DNA of 64,000 nucleotides from Candidatus Heimdallarchaeota archaeon (GTDB lineage Archaea; Asgardarchaeota; Heimdallarchaeia; Heimdallarchaeales; Heimdallarchaeaceae): NCBI GenBank assembly GCA_018238545.1, contig JABCTC010000020.1, positions 1 to 64,000 of the forward strand, read 5' to 3'. Shown piece by piece: positions 58,801 to 64,000 of this stretch (position 1 is its first letter; each line of letters starts with the position of its first letter). The notes under the pieces were generated by a model. It saw only the letters and a program-made list of their open reading frames with translations, ran no database searches and was not told where the DNA came from. The position numbers and the translations under genes were made by a program.

Positions 58801-60008
58801 AGAGGTGATTTGACAGTTATTTGTGGATGTCTACTAATTAGTGTGATTTCATATTCATTTGTTTCTTGTGTTATAAAGCTAAAGGATTTCCAGTACTCAC
58901 CATAACTGAACTCTGCTATGTAACTGCCATTTCCAACAATTAGTGATGCGTATCCATTTTGGTCTGTATACCTTTGTCTAGTGTTCTTTCCTAAAAGACG
59001 TACTCCTTCTTCACTATTGTATACAGTTACTCTTACGTCTTCTATTGGTTCAGCATCATCCGTTACAACATGAAACTGAATTTCTCGTTCTATATAGTTT
59101 ACATATATTGATTTTGTAGTGTTTTCATCAAGTATGAACTTCACGGGTTCAGAAAATATTCCGTCAATTTCAGCTTGAACTTCATACTCTCCAAAAGGTA
59201 GATTAAAGGTTGCTAGATAATCGTTGATTATTACCTCATCCTTGACTGAAGTTCCTTTACCTGTTCTAACATATACTGTTGCATTTAGTTCAGTTGATCC
59301 TCCAGGAGTATTAATTATTGTAGTTAAACCATACTTGCTGTTTACCAACTCTTCTATTGTTTCCTTTGAAGGTATTAAATCTAAATCTATTTTGACTCTA
59401 ATGTGTGTTATATAATTAAATGTTTCAAATGAGAAGAATTGCCCGATCCATAATGGAGCAATAATTTCATCATCTAACAAGGAACTTGTGACGAATATAG
59501 ATTTAACCCTCAGTTCTATCGCAGCGTTCGATCTAGTTGAAAATATGGTCATCAAATCACCAATTTCCAGGTTATTTCTTTCCGCGTAATCTATACCTAC
59601 ACTTACATCATAAGTATCATTTTCACTCAGAGGTACCCCCTCTACATAAGCTACTTCTGTAAACTGCCAGAATTTTGTTATATCGACTCCCCTAAAGTAT
59701 ACTGCCTTATTCTTATGTACTGCTGCTGTCATTACTTCTGGACTAACATCTATGACACCGTAGATTGATTTTATAGTGTCTGCTAATTCTAAGGGTAAAA
59801 TGCTTGTATAAGGTGTTGATGCTGCTGGATTTGAAATAACCAAAATATCATCACTTTCACCTAAATATGAAGTAGTCGATTCAACTATACTTACTAAAAG
59901 AATACCTCCTCCTGTGATTATTGTTGAACTAATGAGAAATCCAATGAAAGCTATGAACATCCTTTTCTTTGGTATTATATTATAGAGGAAAATTGATCGT
60001 AAATTCAT
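55803..60008 (-). CDS. FtsX/MacB-type ABC permease with a very large Ig-like extracellular region
   Basis: N-terminal TM plus MacB-like periplasmic core (RGVD), ~1000 aa of beta-rich repeats, C-terminal RETRILRMIG plus TMs. Confidence 0.85.
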   Translation of the reverse strand: MNLRSIFLYNIIPKKRMFIAFIGFLISSTIITGGGILLVSIVESTTSYLGESDDILVISNPAASTPYTSILPLELADTIKSIYGVIDVSPEVMTAAVHKNKAVYFRGVDITKFWQFTEVAYVEGVPLSENDTYDVSVGIDYAERNNLEIGDLMTIFSTRSNAAIELRVKSIFVTSSLLDDEIIAPLWIGQFFSFETFNYITHIRVKIDLDLIPSKETIEELVNSKYGLTTIINTPGGSTELNATVYVRTGKGTSVKDEVIINDYLATFNLPFGEYEVQAEIDGIFSEPVKFILDENTTKSIYVNYIEREIQFHVVTDDAEPIEDVRVTVYNSEEGVRLLGKNTRQRYTDQNGYASLIVGNGSYIAEFSYGEYWKSFSFITQETNEYEITLISRHPQITVKSPLNFSTIIGDKLNISIRATTGYSIFFYPDGDLGELQEYHYSAEGMVPPQSMLVPFEEGFHSLTILTYNNDYLQDYDKSKNYAETTLFFTISYDFPTDIDFLNVMNGSQIYPLTILELNETLIFNQGLLYRWNNNSWAKADEGFIVSPSEIGIHKLQMKAETTGESRISTYYFITKYTPDNIGIIGPNEGLFFKENDTLQTWFNPTFPIIQYHWDSNSNTPIANDGKITVQGLNEGYHNLSLVIFTGTLWSFRDYEIMVDNTPPNVTISATNGSSVETGSSLSYTINEPFSYVMFGWDDQDYSHSYEESIPVPVENGFHNLKILTCDLVGNVRIVNYTYNVINFAGSTAIDFYLQDEYSGLLNQSYIDLQINTEQSLFKIDYEIVGPSIVSFSRTNLEKERVYLHPGLYSLSVTYYTSLFESRKRTFEFHICDGQKASELYGTALNETYSGSILVTFPYFDVSFTINDLSSIFVIDGTHDIYYMLTTYPGVQYNVKYIIDTELPEITIVTPNKGIETLDEFLEIESNAVEVYFKLEHDPRIILYNRTAVFLEYNQEGRQLITFFLVDSYYNTKTVSYVFYNGLNYVPITLEFQVFLFGNDFNISFLDVSISSEYNYTSWTANTDINGKLSMNIFPGKFDVNFLYSNITYSFLLDTDDGLFQTIYLGNSLVILTILDNYVGVPITNQYCIIRDLDGNRIAFLQTNSLGEFNAQIPAGDYIIHFKRPYELLSAPFQVYSQGQQIVFEIPSPRKLVQFNFVYDNGSKVYNLPVTFQTIIDGNFTTNTKLYSSITLWLPYSIVNVSYFQLDGKFVTLTRSFEPGREVITITIKSDTDSQYGKIPFKPISGFTFIVSVALEYMDYYLKGSLLFTYTLAYTEIILILLIVIVNMYSILQNVYKENKRETRILRMIGGTTTNVLTTVFSRLGLVAVVTSFIGYGLGLTIIKVLASANQTVFFGHTFSPSGGWAMFLTNGVLIIFIALITSLIITRNARKERRIVYSKR

Positions 60009-61180
60009 TATTTATCCTCCCTAATAACTCTGATCTTTGCTGCTTCTAACGATGGATATATCCCAGAAATTACTGACAAAACTAGCGCAAACAAGAAGAT
60101 TATTCCCACCAAATTCAATTCAAAGTTTAATGCCAAATACGGCAGTCCAATAGTCGCTGAAACTATTGCAACGATTCCGCTTACTGCAAAATATCCAATT
60201 ATAATTGATAATAGCGATGAAATTATCCCTATGAAAACAGCTTGCAGCATGAAGAGCAACATGATTTGGTTTTTTGTCGCTCCAATTGATCTTAAAATGA
60301 AAATCTCTTCTTCACTCTCTTTGACAAGAGTATAGATGCTATAACTTATTGAAACTAGCATCAGAACAAAAAACAATATTTGAAGAAGAGTCAGAGTTTT
60401 AATAACCTCCTCTGTTGCATAAATGATGAAATTTTGTGTCTGCTGTTCTTCATTGATTTCTAAATACTTGAATCTTTCAGTTATATCTTCTTTAATTTGT
60501 CCAATTTCCCTTGTATCTAGGACTTTGAATTCAATAAAAGAATAATAATCTAAACCTAGCATTGGTAACCACTCGTTACTATCACCTAATATTTCAAGGT
60601 CATACTCTTGACCGGATTGGATTATATTTGCTACAGTGAGATTATTTGCATAGATCATTGAGAATGTTTCATTAACATAAATTTCAGAACTTTCAAGTTC
60701 CAGATTTGCTCCAATACCTGAAGAGATTGAGTTTGCAATCTGTTGCCCCATAATTACCTCAGTTGATTCTATTTGAGATAGAGTGTAGGTATATTTATGA
60801 CGTTGATAAAGTTCAAACGTTGTAAAATTAAGTAAACGTAAATGCGTGTCTATTCTCGCTCCTGTTTCCCCTTCAACAGTTATTGGGATGTAAATTTGTG
60901 GTAATACCACTTCCACATTTGGTGTGTGGATAGAATAATTTTCGAGAAATTCATAAACCTCAAAGCCTAATCTGCTCTCTGACAAACTCATGTCATATTC
61001 AGTTATAAGATAATAATTCGAGGGTTTAATGACTGATGCCATTCCTGCTATGTTTCCAGCATACCCTCGTACCAAAAGAGTTGTAGAAATGTAAATAACT
61101 AGTGCTAATGTAAGCGTCATTGTAGCTTGTAACGTTCTTTTTTTATTGTGGAAGAAGAAGCGTATAGTGAATCTTAACAC
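60008..61180 (-). CDS. FtsX/LolE-type ABC permease
   Basis: EEIFILRSIGAT..QI..LF, SGIYP...AAK. Confidence 0.9.
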   Translation of the reverse strand: MLRFTIRFFFHNKKRTLQATMTLTLALVIYISTTLLVRGYAGNIAGMASVIKPSNYYLITEYDMSLSESRLGFEVYEFLENYSIHTPNVEVVLPQIYIPITVEGETGARIDTHLRLLNFTTFELYQRHKYTYTLSQIESTEVIMGQQIANSISSGIGANLELESSEIYVNETFSMIYANNLTVANIIQSGQEYDLEILGDSNEWLPMLGLDYYSFIEFKVLDTREIGQIKEDITERFKYLEINEEQQTQNFIIYATEEVIKTLTLLQILFFVLMLVSISYSIYTLVKESEEEIFILRSIGATKNQIMLLFMLQAVFIGIISSLLSIIIGYFAVSGIVAIVSATIGLPYLALNFELNLVGIIFLFALVLSVISGIYPSLEAAKIRVIREDK

Positions 61181-61270
61181 TGGAAATCACTTTCTTTTTT
61201 ACAAGAGTAAATTTCTGATATAAAACTTTCTAAAGAGAATATTAAAAAAATAGGTGCCTCACCCACCTCT

Positions 61271-62593
61271 TTAGGCGGGTGCTACCAAAGCGAAGAAGAC
61301 TAGTCTCTGAAGAATCAGTGTTGCATAAATTCCAATACCTAAAGCAATTACAGAAGGAATTCTTGTTTTAGAGGGTGCTACTTTGCTCACACCTATACCT
61401 AAAAACAAAAGGAACCCATAGAAGAAAATATTTAGTGGAATTGTAGATAGTAATTGAAAGGTTAGCATTTGTTGTTCAGTTCTAAATGTTGCAGGGTCAG
61501 TAGGATGAAATCCAACGGCTTCAAGATATTTTACTCCAGCAAATATGTAACAGATTATTAGAATAAAAATAGTAATTGAAGCAATAAGAACTGAATTTCT
61601 ATAAACCTTTAGCCATTTCTTTTCTCCTAATAGTAGAGAGTAAATTAGAGGAAAGACAAATACCCATGTAAACCATGAAATTGTCCCTATCAAGAATTGA
61701 TCACCGACATCACTTGCAAATATATCCGTGAAATCTAGAGGTTCTGCAAGATTAGAATAAAGACCTCCGGGATATAAAGGATAAACTGTCAATTCGGAGA
61801 AAAATCCTCCTCCAAAAGCCATGAAGCTAACGTAGACTAGGAATGATACTAAAATTGTAAATAGGAAATAATTGGGTAAAAGTTCAGAATAACTTGCTCT
61901 GCTCGGTCTTGCGAGATAATCTCTTGGAAAGCGAAAAATATCTTTAACATATGTGAATTTAAACAGCAAGTAGATACCAATAGCTGGAATCGCAATGACC
62001 GCAACTAAAAATAATAACTGAAGCACAAAAGCTCCTGGGTCACTTATCTTCAATAATAGACTTTCCCAAACAAAGGTCTTTATACCGAATTCAGGCATGC
62101 CCAAAATCGGTGGAGAACCAAAAAGGAGAAGAGAATACCAACACAGCGCTAGCGTAACAAATATGGTTGCAAGATAATCCCACACTCTAAACTTTCTTTC
62201 GTGTGTAGTTAAATACCAAAGTTTCTTGTATATTATTTCACAAGCATCTTTCTCAAAATCAGTTAGAATTAACCCATCAATTCTTAGCTCTCCATATTTC
62301 TCGAAGAATCTTTTTGAGATTGCTTTCAGGATTTCGTTTGTATCCTTGATATCCATTCTTTTGTCGACAGTTAGAACGAACAGCAAATCTTGTTCTTCTT
62401 CTTGGAAAATGATTCTGGAGGTTACTAGTTCAAACTCTGAGATATTTTCTTTTTGAGTTTCAGAAGTCATAGAGTAGATCGCACTCATTAACCCTCCAGT
62501 CAGAGCTACGTCAACTGTTTGTTCTGTTTCCTCAAATTCCTGACTATAGAATATTTGACCATATGTTGTAAGAATTAGAAGATGTTTTATCAC
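61271..62593 (-). CDS. Longin-like domain fused to a multi-pass membrane domain
   Basis: N-terminal LLILTTYGQIFYSQ.F...L.GGLMSAI...I..RF.EKY, followed by about 8 TM helices. Confidence 0.65.
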   Translation of the reverse strand: MIKHLLILTTYGQIFYSQEFEETEQTVDVALTGGLMSAIYSMTSETQKENISEFELVTSRIIFQEEEQDLLFVLTVDKRMDIKDTNEILKAISKRFFEKYGELRIDGLILTDFEKDACEIIYKKLWYLTTHERKFRVWDYLATIFVTLALCWYSLLLFGSPPILGMPEFGIKTFVWESLLLKISDPGAFVLQLLFLVAVIAIPAIGIYLLFKFTYVKDIFRFPRDYLARPSRASYSELLPNYFLFTILVSFLVYVSFMAFGGGFFSELTVYPLYPGGLYSNLAEPLDFTDIFASDVGDQFLIGTISWFTWVFVFPLIYSLLLGEKKWLKVYRNSVLIASITIFILIICYIFAGVKYLEAVGFHPTDPATFRTEQQMLTFQLLSTIPLNIFFYGFLLFLGIGVSKVAPSKTRIPSVIALGIGIYATLILQRLVFFALVAPA

Positions 62594-62688
62594 GGTTTAT
62601 TCTCCTTTTCTTATATTTCTTTATATGAATCCTCTATCCTAAAAATCTTGTGGCATTTTCTTAGATATTAAATAGTGAAAGAAAAGGA

Positions 62689-63942
62689 TCAAGTTCCTTC
62701 GTAATAGGCATCACGATATCTGATCTGTTCCTCGGTTAGAGTGTCGATTTTATAACCCATAAGTGAGAGTTTTAGACTAGCTATACTTTCATCTTGTTTT
62801 CGGTCAATGTCATATACTTTGTTTTCTAGATCCTTACCTTTTTGAGCTAAATTGATTAGACTTAGAAGCTGGTTAGCAAAAGACATGTCCATAACTTCTG
62901 AAGGATGACCCTCAGCTGCAGAGAGATTAACTAGTCTCCCCTTAGCAAGCAAATAGATTCTTCTTTCATTTTCAAGAGTATACTCTTCATTATTTTCTCT
63001 TATTTCGCGTTTAGATTTTGCTAATTTTTCCAATTCCCCTATGTTAATTTCTGCATCATAATGACCTGTGTTACAGACGATGGCGCCTTCTTTCATAACT
63101 TTGAAATGTCTTTCAACCAGAATATCTTTCATTCCTGTTGCAGTGATAAATAGATCCCCTTGTTTTGCCGCATCATCCATTTCCATAACACGAAATCCAT
63201 CCATAGCTGCTTTCAAAGCTTGAATGGGATCAACTTCTGTTATGATAACATCAGCTCCTATGCCTGAAGCATTTTTAGCTAAACCTTTGCCACAATGGCC
63301 ATAACCTGCAATTACAACTATCTTTCCTGCTATAATGATGTTTGTTGATCTTAAAATACCATCAAGAGTTGATTGACCAGTTCCATATACATTATCAAAG
63401 TCACTTTTTGTCTCTGCATCATTCACTGCTATAACTGGATAAAGTAATTTACCTGCTCTATCCATTGCACGTAATCGATGAACTCCTGTTGTTGTTTCCT
63501 CAGTTCCTCCAATGATATGTTCAGCTTGTTCTGGAAAATCAGAATGAACTCTAAAAATAAGATCTGCTCCATCATCAAGTGTTAGAGTTGGTTTCATCTC
63601 AAGTGTCTTATCGATTGCCCAGTAGAATTCTTCAGTAGACATTCCATACCATGCAAAAACAGCTATATTTTCTGCAGCTAAAGCAGCTGCGATATCGTCT
63701 TTTGTCGATAACGGATTACATCCACTCCAAGAAACTTCTGCACCCGCAGCAATGAGTGTTTCAACTAAAACAGCTGTTTCTTTTGTGACATGAAGACAAC
63801 CAGCGATTTTCATTCCTGCTAATGGTTTTGTTTCACTGAATTTCTTTCTGAAATCCATCATCACAGGCATTCTTGATTCTGCCCAATCAATATTTCTCCT
63901 ACCTTCACTGGCAAGATTGATGTCTTTAATCTTATATTCCAT
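62689..63942 (-). CDS. ahcY: Adenosylhomocysteinase
   Basis: GCLHVTKETA, CNPLST, EETTTG, FDNVYGTGQS, GYGHCGKG, GRLVNL..AEGHP. Confidence 0.97.
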   Translation of the reverse strand: MEYKIKDINLASEGRRNIDWAESRMPVMMDFRKKFSETKPLAGMKIAGCLHVTKETAVLVETLIAAGAEVSWSGCNPLSTKDDIAAALAAENIAVFAWYGMSTEEFYWAIDKTLEMKPTLTLDDGADLIFRVHSDFPEQAEHIIGGTEETTTGVHRLRAMDRAGKLLYPVIAVNDAETKSDFDNVYGTGQSTLDGILRSTNIIIAGKIVVIAGYGHCGKGLAKNASGIGADVIITEVDPIQALKAAMDGFRVMEMDDAAKQGDLFITATGMKDILVERHFKVMKEGAIVCNTGHYDAEINIGELEKLAKSKREIRENNEEYTLENERRIYLLAKGRLVNLSAAEGHPSEVMDMSFANQLLSLINLAQKGKDLENKVYDIDRKQDESIASLKLSLMGYKIDTLTEEQIRYRDAYYEGT

Positions 63943-64000
63943 GTATATTCCCTCACTGATATTTTTAAAAAGATGTCGAGAAACGAGAATAAGAGAAGCC

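Overview
AT-rich archaeal chromosome segment, most likely Asgard (Heimdallarchaeia-like). The taxon is inferred from class I LysRS, geranylgeranyl reductase, HdrABC/MvhD, and Arf-like GTPase, DENN-like and longin-like proteins. Core content: two Sir2 deacylases, a two-subunit class I fumarate hydratase, radical-SAM and flavin enzymes, NikR, an MFS transporter, ribA, acylphosphatase, lysS, GGR, two cellulose-synthase-like GT2 enzymes with a GT-C-like membrane protein, FtsX-type permeases and ahcY. A 13-gene operon links a 2-oxoacid:ferredoxin oxidoreductase to an Flx/Hdr-type bifurcating module and a soluble fumarate-reductase-like pair. Most notable: (1) a ~4.9-kb insert that splits the fumarase operon, is flanked by two diverged copies of the beta gene's 3' end, and carries an unassignable 906-aa protein but no recognisable integrase; (2) an unannotated ~180-nt multi-helix RNA candidate at 45786-45964 with a candidate TATA box; (3) a ~40-bp imperfect-palindrome direct repeat flanking a HEPN-containing 3.6-kb module; (4) an RlmN-like enzyme lacking the resolving Cys; (5) an in-frame TAG inside a tandem GNAT gene. 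I recognised no rRNA, tRNA or CRISPR array. All calls are by eye; no database searches were run.
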